This document shows, piece after piece, positions 19,804 to 30,136 of a stretch of 64,000 nucleotides of DNA (position 1 is its first letter; each line of letters starts with the position of its first letter). Both the position numbers and the translations under genes were made by a program. Origin of the DNA: Candidatus Poriferisocius sp. (lineage in GTDB: Bacteria > Actinomycetota > Acidimicrobiia > Acidimicrobiales > Bin134); the NCBI RefSeq assembly GCF_965202595.1, contig NZ_OZ241836.1, positions 932,202 to 996,201 on the forward strand, in the 5' to 3' direction. Below the pieces are notes generated by a model, which saw only the letters and a list, made by a program, of their open reading frames with translations, was not told the DNA's origin and searched no databases.

Positions 19804-19862
19804 TTCCGAACCGTTGACAACCCCACACCGGGAGCACCCAACCGCCCATAGCCGTGTTTTCC
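19804..19862 (+). repeat. Boundary repeat F, copy 2
   Basis: Direct repeat of 14371-14430. Confidence 0.85.
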
Positions 19863-19899
19863 GGGCCTGGGGCTGTCGCACGCCTGGGCTATTGTTGGG

Positions 19900-20130
19900 T
19901 TGATGCGACCCACCACCGTCAGGCTCGACGATGAGGACGAGGCGATCCTTGACGTTCTCGCCCCCGAGTACGGAGGCCGTTCAAGCGCCATTAGCCAGGC
20001 GCTTCGCAACCTTGCCCTTGAGTGGCAACGCCAGGAGGCCCTGCGAGGGTTTCTGACCGAATGGGAAGAAGAGGAAGGACCGATTTCGGACGGGGAAGTC
20101 GCTGCCATGGCCGACCGCTACGGGTTGTGA
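19900..20130 (+). CDS. Ribbon-helix-helix (CopG/VapB-like) antitoxin
   Basis: MMRPTTVRLDDEDEAILDVLAPEYGGRSSAISQALRNL is a classic RHH N-terminus. Confidence 0.7.
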   Translation: MMRPTTVRLDDEDEAILDVLAPEYGGRSSAISQALRNLALEWQRQEALRGFLTEWEEEEGPISDGEVAAMADRYGL

Positions 20131-20216
20131 TCCTCGATGCCGGCTTCCTCATCTCGGTTGATCGCAGCGATCAACCGGACAGCTTCCATGTAAATCCGGA
20201 TCAAGCAACCTCGTAG
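20127..20216 (+). pseudogene. Truncated PIN (VapC-like) toxin remnant
   Basis: The GTG overlaps the antitoxin stop. VILDAGFLISVDRSDQ... matches a PIN N-terminus, but the frame stops after 29 codons, where the lower-GC R-M gene begins (20201). Confidence 0.5.
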
Positions 20217-22843
20217 ACCTTGACGACCTCGTCGCCGTAGTCGTTGATGACCTTCACCGCTATCTTGCCGGTGGATGGCTTTGGGAATGGTCGGCTCACC
20301 GTCGAGTACAAGGTGGCCCATGCCTCATCATTGATATCTGCTCTCAACGCTGTCTTCAGTCGCTTGTAAGGTTTCTGGCCGCCGGTGAAGTAGCAGTGGC
20401 GGACGAAGAAGCTCTCCTCGTTGTAGTCGGTGTCAATCATCCAGAGGGCGACCTTGTCCGTCCCGTCCGAGCGCACCTCACCGGTGGTTGGGTCATAGAC
20501 ATCCACTCCGATCAGTTCCACTACAACCTCGCCAGCTTCCTCTCGGATCTCGATGTCCGGTTCTCCAAAGACGGTGAATAGGTTTCCGGCCCCGGTTTTC
20601 CTGAGTTCCTCGCCCATCAGCAGGTCTGCGTTCATCCGAACGAGTAGAACGGGGATACGGCCCAGAGACCTGGTGGCAGCGACATCGAAACTCTCGTCGG
20701 TGGCAACGTAGTCCTCATCAGTGTTCAACACCTGGGGATCGAAGGCGAACGCGAGAATACATAGAAGGTCCAAGTCTTTGTCCTTGTTGGCTTCTCTCAC
20801 AGCATTCTTCACAAAGGATGGGGCAACCGTCCCGTACTGGGGCCCGATAGATACCCCAACGTGATTGGGTGCGCTACCTTCACGGATGCCAACCGCCTGC
20901 ACATGTGTACTGGCATATGGTTCGATCATGTCGAATACTAGTCTTTCTGCCCTACGACCGTTCTGGATACCCGCTGTTCGTAAGTTTTCGAGGATCATTT
21001 GTTCGAAGATAGTCTCGGTATCGCCAAATGTAAGATTGTCATCCGATTTGTAGGTTTTAGGGCTGGCAAGGTTGCGGTGTGGTGAGAGGCTCTCAACCGT
21101 GAAAGGTCCTGTTACTCGAACCTTGTGAGGATCCTCGTAGGGCTTGTCGTATAGCAACTCCTGATCAGCGTGCTTGGCAATCGCAGCATCGATCTCCTCC
21201 TGCTTCATCCCATCGTGGATATCGGGGTTGTTGGCAATTGACCCAAGCGTGATGTGGGGTACACGCTCGTACACGAAACCTCGCCCGATGTCATTGGTCA
21301 TCTCCTGGGTCGGTAACTCCATACCTGCTAGTTCGCTTTCCTTCGCCCATCCCTCAATTGAATCGGCAAGCAGAAAATAGGGGTATCGAGCCCCCATCAA
21401 TCGCTGACGTGCTAACGCCAGAGCAACCCGCGAGGAGTCGATGGTGATCCATCGTCGCCCCCAACGTTCAGCCACGTAGGCGGTGGTGCCCGAGCCGCAG
21501 GTCGGATCCAGCACAAGATCGCCGGGATCGGTTGCCAGCAACAGGCATCGCTCTACAACTTTTGTGTTGGTCTGGACCACGTAGATCTTGTCATCGGTAA
21601 ATCCACCTGTTCCAGTGTCATCCCAAAAGTTGGTTCTTTTTTGATAAGGAAAATCTTGAATGAATCGTCGATAGTGAATGCTACCCTTTGTTACATGAAT
21701 ACGATTTGCATAAGCTAAGCGATTCATGCCGTCGGGATAAGATGCCTTCCAGTGGTGGTTGGGGCCCGGTCTGTAAGTCTTACCGGCATAAGTGAATGCT
21801 TGATCGGCTGATGCTGGCCCCTGGGACTTCAAATCACTGGCCTTGTAGAGAATTGAGTCTTTGGGTATATTTTCAGCAGATTCCGTTGCCTTGAGCCCAC
21901 GACTACTTCCATCTTCAAACAACAACCAGCGGTATCCCTGCCTGTCAGGCGCATTGACCCATTGGGGACGGCTCTTCAGGTTATCAAGCTGCTTGGCGTA
22001 CCAAAGCAGGTAGTCGCCATTGCGGGGGAGCGCCTTGGATTGCGTAAAACCACTCGTGGTGACAAAGGAGATCAAGCTCACAAAGTTCTCGGCCCCGAAT
22101 ACCTCGTCAAGCAGGTTTCGCACCAGGTGGACATTCTCGTCACCGATCTGCAAGAAAAGCGAACCGCTAGCGGTCAGTAGATCGCGAGCAATAGCCACTC
22201 GGTCGCGCAAGTACGACAGGTAGCTATGAACACCCAGTTCCCAGGTGTCTCGAAACGCTCTGACCTGCTCAGCTTCGCGAGCGACATCATCAACCTTTCC
22301 ATCCTTGACCTCTCGCTTCCTTGCTGATACCTGCCAGTTGGAGCCGAACTTGATCCCGTAAGGCGGGTCGATGTAGATCATCTGAACCTTTCCCCGGAGC
22401 CGTTCGCGTTCGGCGAGGCTGGCCATCACCTGGAGGCTATCACCCAGTATCATCCGGTTGGACCAGTTGGCCGAATGCTTGTAGAACTCGACGAGGTCCA
22501 GTTCACCCAGCCCGTCGAAATTGTCGAAGAGGGTGAGTTCGGGATCGGGCTCCCCCGCCGAAGCCGTCTTTCGGAGGTTCTCGATGAGGACCCGCGGGTC
22601 GATCTTTTCCTGAATGTAGATCGGGGGTGCGTCAACCTGGAGGTCATGACTATCGAGCTCCTCCTTGCCCTTCCAGACCAGCATCGGGGAATGGATGTGG
22701 CGTGGATAGGTGACCTCGACGACCTCCTCTACCTCCGGTGCCACCATGTCTCGGGCATCGGCGGTTGGAATGTTGGTTCTCTTGTCCGGGTGGACGATCG
22801 CGTCCACGGGTGTCGGGCCTTGCTGGGTCCTGCGGCGTGCCAT
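20201..22843 (-). CDS. mod: Type III R-M DNA methyltransferase (Mod, beta-class N6/N4)
   Basis: Motif IV IYIDPPYG precedes motif I VLDPTCGSGTT, with a long region between them (type III Mod order). I prefer the start MARRRTQQG, which has AGGAG 8 nt upstream. Confidence 0.85.
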   Translation of the reverse strand: MARRRTQQGPTPVDAIVHPDKRTNIPTADARDMVAPEVEEVVEVTYPRHIHSPMLVWKGKEELDSHDLQVDAPPIYIQEKIDPRVLIENLRKTASAGEPDPELTLFDNFDGLGELDLVEFYKHSANWSNRMILGDSLQVMASLAERERLRGKVQMIYIDPPYGIKFGSNWQVSARKREVKDGKVDDVAREAEQVRAFRDTWELGVHSYLSYLRDRVAIARDLLTASGSLFLQIGDENVHLVRNLLDEVFGAENFVSLISFVTTSGFTQSKALPRNGDYLLWYAKQLDNLKSRPQWVNAPDRQGYRWLLFEDGSSRGLKATESAENIPKDSILYKASDLKSQGPASADQAFTYAGKTYRPGPNHHWKASYPDGMNRLAYANRIHVTKGSIHYRRFIQDFPYQKRTNFWDDTGTGGFTDDKIYVVQTNTKVVERCLLLATDPGDLVLDPTCGSGTTAYVAERWGRRWITIDSSRVALALARQRLMGARYPYFLLADSIEGWAKESELAGMELPTQEMTNDIGRGFVYERVPHITLGSIANNPDIHDGMKQEEIDAAIAKHADQELLYDKPYEDPHKVRVTGPFTVESLSPHRNLASPKTYKSDDNLTFGDTETIFEQMILENLRTAGIQNGRRAERLVFDMIEPYASTHVQAVGIREGSAPNHVGVSIGPQYGTVAPSFVKNAVREANKDKDLDLLCILAFAFDPQVLNTDEDYVATDESFDVAATRSLGRIPVLLVRMNADLLMGEELRKTGAGNLFTVFGEPDIEIREEAGEVVVELIGVDVYDPTTGEVRSDGTDKVALWMIDTDYNEESFFVRHCYFTGGQKPYKRLKTALRADINDEAWATLYSTVSRPFPKPSTGKIAVKVINDYGDEVVKVYEVA

Positions 22844-22853
22844 TGGAGTACTC

Positions 22854-25800
22854 CTACCTGATCGGTTCACCGATGATTGGGGCATCTGCATACAACGCGT
22901 CAATCGCAGAGCCGATCCTCTCGGAAGCGTTTGTCATTGAATCGATCTCAACGTAACCCCATTTCCCCCACTCTCCGTGGTTGTTAACCGCCGTACACCA
23001 GTGATCCCGAGCCGTCTTGGCTTTGGCTGCGGTGGCTCCTGGGCTCTTCCGACCTCCTGATACCTCAATGATGAGCGTGCGGGTGAATGGGTCATCCTCG
23101 GGTTGAACGAGACGCACAAGGAAGTCGGGCAAGTAGCGGTGGCTGCGTCCCTCATGGACGTAGGGGATATCGAAGTCGAGGTGATCGTTCTTGACATACG
23201 ACGAGACTCGCTCCGTGTCACCTTCCAGGATGTCGGTGACGGTTTCCTCCCAGGTGTTACCCCTGAGTCCGTCGAGCACCACATAGTTGACCGGGGATCG
23301 CTCGGTCCCCACAACAACCTTGCGGGTGAGGAAGGAGACGTTGTCGGTTGATCCTCGGTTGTCGAATCGGCGAAACATTGGAAGAATTATCTCCTGTCGA
23401 GCATCCGGATATCGCACTATCGCGTTGTATACGGCTTCGGCAGCGGTAGCTTTGTATTGGGCCAGCAGAAGTACACCTGGGGGCGTGTCCGCCGCGAACG
23501 TTACTTTGTGCTCGAACCATCGTCGTGTTACATCGACAATAGCGGGGAAGAGCCACGGCTTGAGTGCTCCGTCATGGCCCGAGAAGAACCGTTGGAGCAC
23601 TTCGGCTGCCACCGCGTAGACAATGTGCTGTGAGCGGGTATTCCGCACTTGGGACAGGTCAACTTCCTCGGTTGCGCCGATCATGCCAGCCGATTCAACC
23701 CAAAGGGCGAGCGAGTCACGGTCGATATGAAGTGGCCTGGTGTGCTCGTGGTCAAACTCAATTGGCTCCTCCGGGACTTCTACCCGGTAGCCGTCGAGCT
23801 TTGGGAATACGATGCGGAGGTTTTGTCGTTCCGGCAGAGCCCTCACCTCGATTGCCGGCGGTGCGGGTTTCGATCCCGAAACAGTTCGATCCGTTGGTAT
23901 AAATACGAACGGCACCCCGTAGACATCGGCGTATTCGGGTTCGAACTTCCCCTCGGCATTTGCCTCGTAGCTACGCCGGCGCAAACCCCTACCAACGACC
24001 TGCTCACACAGAAGTTGGCTGCCGAACCGCCGGATGCCGAGGATGTGGGTGACGGTGTTAGCGTCCCATCCCTCGGTGAGCATCGAAACGCTCACCACAC
24101 ATCGGACGGTCTCCCCCAGCTTGCCCTTCTTCCCAACGGTGTTCATGACCTCACGGAGGAGATCCTCGTCGGTGAGTTTCTCAAGATCTGCCCCGGGATT
24201 CCTGCGGCTGTACTCGCGTTTGAACGTCTCGATTTCCTGGGAGACTGCTTGTTTGAAGTTGCTCTTGAGCGATTCGCCCGATTCTAGCTGAGCGGAGTCA
24301 ACGATGATCGTGGGAGGTCGATCCAGCCATGTGCCGTTCGCTACGTTGGTCAGCAAGTCCAGGTTTCCCTTGCGGATTCCTTTGCTGCCGTCCGGCAGCT
24401 CCACCTCCTGGCCGGCAATCCAGTCGAACACGAGCTTCGAGACCACCGTGTTGGGGCAGATCACAATCATCACCGGGGGTGGCTCGCCGTGCGGCTCGAG
24501 ATCCCGCTTCCAAACTTGGAACCGCTTCTCATAGCTCCGGTGCAAGGACTCCAGGGCTCCCTGTAACTCTACGGGCGGTATCCAACTCGAGTCCGATTCG
24601 GCATTCCTGCTCACACGCTTGGGTAACTTGTCACCGATGTGGTCCCACAGCCAGAGGTAGGTGGGTTGCTCGGTACTGACAACATCATCATCAACAGGCA
24701 CCCTTGGCACCTTCACAATGCCCGACTCGATGGCATCCATGAGCGAGAAGTCGCTGACCACCCATGGGAATATGTACCCCTCCTGGTACCCGGAGCCACC
24801 CAGGTAGTAGGGAGTGGCCGAAAGGTCGTAGATGATCTTTACACCTACGCGCCTGGATACTGCTTCGAGGCCCCGGAACCAGACGCGAGCACTTTCATTG
24901 CGCTCCTTGGCCTCCTTCCCAGGTTCGTCGGAACCAAGGGGGTTTGTCCTGATAGCAGTGGTGGGCCTCATCGTTGAGAACGAGAACCTCGCCCTTGCCG
25001 CGGCTCGAGAGATCGCGCATAACACGGTCTGCAACATCCTCATCGGTTTCGAGAAATGGGTTGGTTTCCTTGCCGGATGTCAGCAAGAGCCGTGTGTTTT
25101 TGGCAATACCTTGCATCTCCTTAGCGGTTTTTGGCAGGAACGTATGGTAGTTCGTGATGATGATTGCAGCATCGTCCAGCACCGTTCGAAGATCATGGGG
25201 AACGAGTCCACGCAGGTCGTAGTAGTTGGTTTCATCATGAGGTAGAAGCACCCTAAGCCGATCCCGAATGGTGATCCCTGGAGTCAGAACGAGAAATCTA
25301 TTGGTAAACCGTCGATCTCGTGGGCTGAAGGCTTTATTGGTGGTCTGCCACACAATTATCATACACATGACAACGGTTTTACCTGTTCCGGTGGCCATCT
25401 TCAGTGCGACCCGCGGCAGACCATTGTTGTGTTCATCGTTCTCCGGCCCGATCAGTGCCCGAAAGTCGGGTTCACCATGACGTCCTGCTACCTCTGCCAA
25501 GTAGATCGCGGTCTCAACCGCTTCTCTCTGACAGAAGAGAATCCGATCTTCACGTGTTTCGTCAGCCCAATGATTCAACAACTTCCGGCTGATCGGAGTA
25601 ACCCAGGTGTAGCCACGCACTCGCCATAATTCCACCCGATACCTGATGTCGTTGATAAGTTGATTACGTTCCCTACGTTCTCCAGTGGTGTCGAAGAGGT
25701 CTAGCATCTCCTGCTGTTGAGCCAACTCGGCAGGATCAATCCTGCGCCGACCCCGCTTCTTTCGCGACATCGGTACAGGGATGAAAGACTCACTTGGCCG

Positions 25801-25947
25801 CCTTCCTGTTTTTACTTCGCCAGTCGGGCCATTCGGGCCCAGCACAAAGTGAGCCTTCGGAGGTTCATACGGCGAGTTCAGAATAGGATTGCTGAGAGCG
25901 TCGGCAGGCTCCACCGATGGTAGCGACGGGTTCGATGCCTGGCTCAT
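22854..25947 (-). pseudogene. res: Type III restriction enzyme Res subunit (SF2 helicase + PD-ExK nuclease), frameshifted
   Basis: ATGTGKT and DEAH (LNDEAHHCY) lie in ORF 24895-25986. The helicase C-terminal part and the PDFLV...IIEVSGGRK nuclease lie in ORF 22854-25043. The two frames join if the G5 run at 24938-24942 were G4. Confidence 0.8.
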
Positions 25948-26045
25948 CAGGTTCCTCCGAGCAAACCTGTGTGATTCGACATTCAACCCATATTAGACGA
26001 AGGGTGTGACATCAGGGAGGAACTCGACGGGGTTGCCGCCTTCAA

Positions 26046-27779
26046 TCACCTGGTCAAGGGGATGTATGTGTGCGCTGGGGCATCCACGGCTGCGTGAGGC
26101 ATGGCCACAAGGTGGAGTCCTGAGCCGTGTTCATCAATGTGTCCAGCTATGAGATTCACCATCGTGCCCGCCAGCCCAACGGCATCTGCTGCCGACCCAT
26201 GGAAGGTTGGGGTGGAGCATCCACGCATGGCGATGAGTTCTTCGCCCTGCTCCGGCTTGTTCCAGAAAGTTTGGAAAGCTTCAAGCCTACCGGTGTTGAG
26301 GACCTCATGGTGGAGTTCCTCGTCGACCGCAGCGGGGCCGAGCCCGCTAGATTGACCTGATACGGCAATGAGTCCGAGCGAGGCAGTGGAGATGTCGGTT
26401 GAGACCGCGGCCAGAAGGGGGTGCTGGAGGTCCTTTGACGCTGCCCTGCTGAGGACGGCACCGAACGCCTCATTAACCGTTGCATCTATGATGAGATCGT
26501 GGTTGGCAACGTCCTCGGCTACCCGGCCTTGGCTGGGTTCGTACCTAGGGTTGACCTCAACATCGTCTGAGAGGGCTCGGAGCCGGGCGGCGAGTTGGCT
26601 TACTTTGGGAAAGCCAACATCGTCCTCGGTGTAGTTCTGCCGTACAAGCAGATCAGGTCCGACAGTGGCGAGATCCGTGACAGTCAGGTGCGAAACACCA
26701 GCGCGAACGAGCAATTCAGCAATCCAGGAACCTAGAGCACCACAGCCGCAGAGGAGTACTCGCTTGCCATGCAATCGTCGTACCGGACGCCTTATATCCC
26801 GCCGAAGAGCGGTTTCGGTGCGAAGGTCGGCGGTTCTGTACCAACTCAGTGGGACTGGGTTTTGGAGCGCGTTGTGGGGATCGTCTTGTGATGCTGCGAC
26901 TGCCGAGGAATATCGAGGGTCGATTTGAGCGGCAGCTAGATGATGCCCGGAGCCGGCATCTGCTGCCTCCCGTGAGACAGCTAGGAGCACAATGAGTGGT
27001 TTGCCTGGGCCATTCTTTGAGGCAGTACGGCGAAGCGCTCCCATAACGGCTTCGGGCTTGCTGCCTCCAGCATCGGCAACGCTTTGGAGTAGCTCCTGAA
27101 GGGTTGCTCCTGGGCCGCGTATCAGCCGTTTAGGTGAAGTCAAGGTGAGGATCCTGAGTTCGGTGTCATCGCGTGTGAAGAGATCGATTCGTTTCTCGCT
27201 TCGCATACGTGCAGAGGCGATATTGATGTTCTTGTTGAGATCTCCGAGGTGGGAGCGAACGACTGCGGTTGAGGCTTTGTGATCGTGGGGTTGGATGCCA
27301 CCAATCGGATGAAACAGGGCAGTAGTAGGATCAAAGTTGCCGTTGGCAAGTTTCTCAATGAAGTCCCAGATTCGTTCGATTGAACCCTTGATCCCTAAGT
27401 CAGGATGCCACTCCCTATGCGGATCTAGGTAGGTGCAGAGGCGGACACCATTGCGATTCCATAAGCCTCCTGCAAGAGTATGGGCACAACCGAGCCAGCG
27501 TTCATGATTGACTTCTATGAGCGGGGGGCAGTCGGGGAACATCTCTGGAAATCCGACGAAGAACTTTTCAGTGTCATGAAGTTCAATGTGCTCACTGTCA
27601 TTTCTGAAGTGAGACATCGATAATGTGATAGCTATGACTAGGCTCTTGTCTTGGAATAGGCAGGGAGCACCAAGTGATAATATGAAACCAGGATATTCAT
27701 GCGCAAGCTTATGCAAATCATAGATCGCGTCATATTGTTGTTTATTGCCGCGTTGTTGGCTAACAGAACGCCGACTCAT
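26046..27779 (-). CDS. cap2: CBASS Cap2-like E2/E1 fusion protein
   Basis: N-terminal E2-like FPEMFPDCPPLIEVNH...RLCTYLDPHREWHP. C-terminal ThiF/E1 Rossmann motif VLLCGCGALGSWIAELLVRAG, with a Cys in MRGCSTPTFHG. Its start overlaps the CD-NTase stop (ATGA). Confidence 0.75.
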   Translation of the reverse strand: MSRRSVSQQRGNKQQYDAIYDLHKLAHEYPGFILSLGAPCLFQDKSLVIAITLSMSHFRNDSEHIELHDTEKFFVGFPEMFPDCPPLIEVNHERWLGCAHTLAGGLWNRNGVRLCTYLDPHREWHPDLGIKGSIERIWDFIEKLANGNFDPTTALFHPIGGIQPHDHKASTAVVRSHLGDLNKNINIASARMRSEKRIDLFTRDDTELRILTLTSPKRLIRGPGATLQELLQSVADAGGSKPEAVMGALRRTASKNGPGKPLIVLLAVSREAADAGSGHHLAAAQIDPRYSSAVAASQDDPHNALQNPVPLSWYRTADLRTETALRRDIRRPVRRLHGKRVLLCGCGALGSWIAELLVRAGVSHLTVTDLATVGPDLLVRQNYTEDDVGFPKVSQLAARLRALSDDVEVNPRYEPSQGRVAEDVANHDLIIDATVNEAFGAVLSRAASKDLQHPLLAAVSTDISTASLGLIAVSGQSSGLGPAAVDEELHHEVLNTGRLEAFQTFWNKPEQGEELIAMRGCSTPTFHGSAADAVGLAGTMVNLIAGHIDEHGSGLHLVAMPHAAVDAPAHTYIPLTR

Positions 27780-28783
27780 CCGGCACGGCTTGCTGAGGTT
27801 GAAGCTGGTACGACTACTGGGGGTCCGAGTGGGGACGAAGCAGTCTCCACAGATTCTGTGGGTTCAAAGTCTTCACCGAAGATCTCCTGCCAGCGGCGCA
27901 TGGAAGATTTATAGTCAGAGTCGCGATAGGCGACTTTGATGAGAGTTGTGTAGTGATGCATCTTACTCCGGAATGAGTGGTAAATTGTGTCGTTCCATCG
28001 ATGATCAAAGGTGACGGGATTGCCTTGTGGGTCGCACGCGCCGGAAGGATCCTCAATAGTGGGTTTGTAGGGATTGGCTTGCAAGTAGTAATTGAGGTCA
28101 ATCATTACTTGGTAAAGAGTAGAGGGAACATCTCCATATCGTCCATTGTACTTGTTCTCAGTGGTGATGGTATCTCCGATTAGCTTGGTGATGATGATCG
28201 AAGGTACGTCAGGAAAAGCGTCGTGGTAGTCACGTAGGTACTTCACAAGCCGAATGACCTTACGCAGGTTGTTGTTGGCGGTTTCGTCACGGGACTGCAT
28301 CCATGAGATGAATCTCTCTGGGTTAGTGTCCTCCCAGTCGTTATCATCGCGGCAAACAATCACCTTCCGTCCGTCAGCAAGAGTAAGGTAAGGAACGATG
28401 TCCACATGGTGATTATTGGCGTAGATGACACGAACACACCTGGACTTAGTTTCATCGTCAATCATATCTCCATAAACTCCGTGGGTTCGTAGTGCCTGCT
28501 CGAGCCTTATGAGGTAGCTCCTCGGGTTAGCCGACCAGTTGACATCCTCTTCAAGGTGCAACAGGAAGTCAGCATCGAACTCAAGGTCATCGACCGGACG
28601 GATTATGGTGCGGTGGCTCCATGATCCTTGAGGGATCTTTGCAATAACTAGATGACCGATTATGTCAGAGTTAACCAGGGCCGCAAAGATGGCATCAACA
28701 TTGGTCTCCAATTGGTCGAGTCGGTGCTGGGGTAGGTTGACGACGTTGGTGAGGAACTTGTTGAAAGTGGGTGTGTGTCTCAT
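27776..28783 (-). CDS. cdnA: CD-NTase / SMODS nucleotidyltransferase
   Basis: Pol-beta NTase signature QGSWSHRTIIRP...DLEFDADFLL, with a third acidic residue in HHVDIVP. It also has LRKVIRLVKYLRD and a disordered tail ending ...SASRAG. Confidence 0.75.
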   Translation of the reverse strand: MRHTPTFNKFLTNVVNLPQHRLDQLETNVDAIFAALVNSDIIGHLVIAKIPQGSWSHRTIIRPVDDLEFDADFLLHLEEDVNWSANPRSYLIRLEQALRTHGVYGDMIDDETKSRCVRVIYANNHHVDIVPYLTLADGRKVIVCRDDNDWEDTNPERFISWMQSRDETANNNLRKVIRLVKYLRDYHDAFPDVPSIIITKLIGDTITTENKYNGRYGDVPSTLYQVMIDLNYYLQANPYKPTIEDPSGACDPQGNPVTFDHRWNDTIYHSFRSKMHHYTTLIKVAYRDSDYKSSMRRWQEIFGEDFEPTESVETASSPLGPPVVVPASTSASRAG

Positions 28784-29943
28784 GGCGGTGTGATCTCCAT
28801 AGCAAATCGATAGGTTTTGTTGATGAGGTCGTAAGTGACAAGGTTAGGGTGTATCCCCCATCCGATGCTGCGTCCTATGGTTATGGCGACGGAAACGGGA
28901 GCAGCGGCCAGAACGTGTAACCGTTCGAGGTTCTTGACACTGCTTTCGAGTTCTCCAAGAAGATCGCGAAGTATCCGCTCGAAAGACATCAATGTTGCTC
29001 TCGATGATACTGTTCCAACCTTAGGTGTTTCGCCTACTGGTTCGATTGTATATGTGGGTAGGGGAGCAAGCTGAGTGGGTGGAGTGTGGGTTGTTCCAGA
29101 GGCATTAACAACCAAAACAGCCTCGGTTGAAGTGTCTGAAGGTTCACTGTTACACCGCCATATGAATTCGACTGGCTTGGTTTTCTCGCCCCATATCCAA
29201 GGTGCGATTTCGCTACGAGGCTCGTAGATATCGCAATCAATTGTGTCGTCAAGGCGCGAGCCAAAGTAAACCAGCAAGGGCAGTCGAGCCATCGCGAAAA
29301 CGCTTATATGCTGAATCTCACCTTTTCTAATAGCTGGTCGAATGATACGATCAAGCTGTTCATCAATACGCCGCGCACAGTTTTGGTAATACAAATCAGT
29401 TGGAATTGACTCATCTGGGAAGTCCCGTAAGTCTATCTCAACACCTTGCCGGTCATAAGTAAATCGTAGACTGGGAAAGCGGTCCGAGGTTTTTAGTATG
29501 GCGTTTGCAGCGATCTTGGCAGATATTTCAACAGGGGCATCGCGGATGAGTGCGCTTAGGCGTACGATAGCGGTGCTTTCTGAACCCACCTGCTTGGTTG
29601 CAGCCCGAATACGAGCCTCGTGTTGATACTTGATCTTCTTCATCTTGCAAATCGGGAAAAGGTCTGCATGGGCTAGCTTGTCGACCTCATTGTGGCAATT
29701 TTCACACAAAAGAATGAGGTTGTCCGCACAGTCTCGTTCTTTAGGGGTCAGATTGCTGATACCTCGTGGGGAGTTGGCGGAGTTGGTCTGCCCCACAATG
29801 TGGGCCAATTCCCCCAATGTAAACTCCCGGTAGGATAAGCCCGACTCCAGTAGATAGCGATTGCAGAGCGCACAACGGCCCCCGGACCGTACCCACACAG
29901 CAAGCCGGACCTTCTCATCAATCTTGCGGCGGTTGCTCGTCAC
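28780..29943 (-). CDS. cap5: HNH endonuclease-SAVED effector (Cap5-like)
   Basis: HNH motif CALCNRYL...ELAHIVG...NLILLCENCHNEVDK, followed by a ~250-aa C-terminal sensor-like domain. Its stop overlaps the CD-NTase start (ATGA). Confidence 0.8.
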   Translation of the reverse strand: MTSNRRKIDEKVRLAVWVRSGGRCALCNRYLLESGLSYREFTLGELAHIVGQTNSANSPRGISNLTPKERDCADNLILLCENCHNEVDKLAHADLFPICKMKKIKYQHEARIRAATKQVGSESTAIVRLSALIRDAPVEISAKIAANAILKTSDRFPSLRFTYDRQGVEIDLRDFPDESIPTDLYYQNCARRIDEQLDRIIRPAIRKGEIQHISVFAMARLPLLVYFGSRLDDTIDCDIYEPRSEIAPWIWGEKTKPVEFIWRCNSEPSDTSTEAVLVVNASGTTHTPPTQLAPLPTYTIEPVGETPKVGTVSSRATLMSFERILRDLLGELESSVKNLERLHVLAAAPVSVAITIGRSIGWGIHPNLVTYDLINKTYRFAMEITPP

Positions 29944-30136
29944 GATGCTCTCCGGCTGCTCGATCTTCCTGAGGCCGAGAATGCCCCAATGCCTTTAGCT
30001 GCTAGCCTCGGCATGAGATGAAGTGCCATAAATGCTGACTTGGGTGGATTGACCCAGCCCCATTATAACCGGTCAGGTGACCCCATGGCGGTGGCAACGT
30101 TTTGAGTGCTCATCATGTCCTCTGGTTTTCCCTCTG

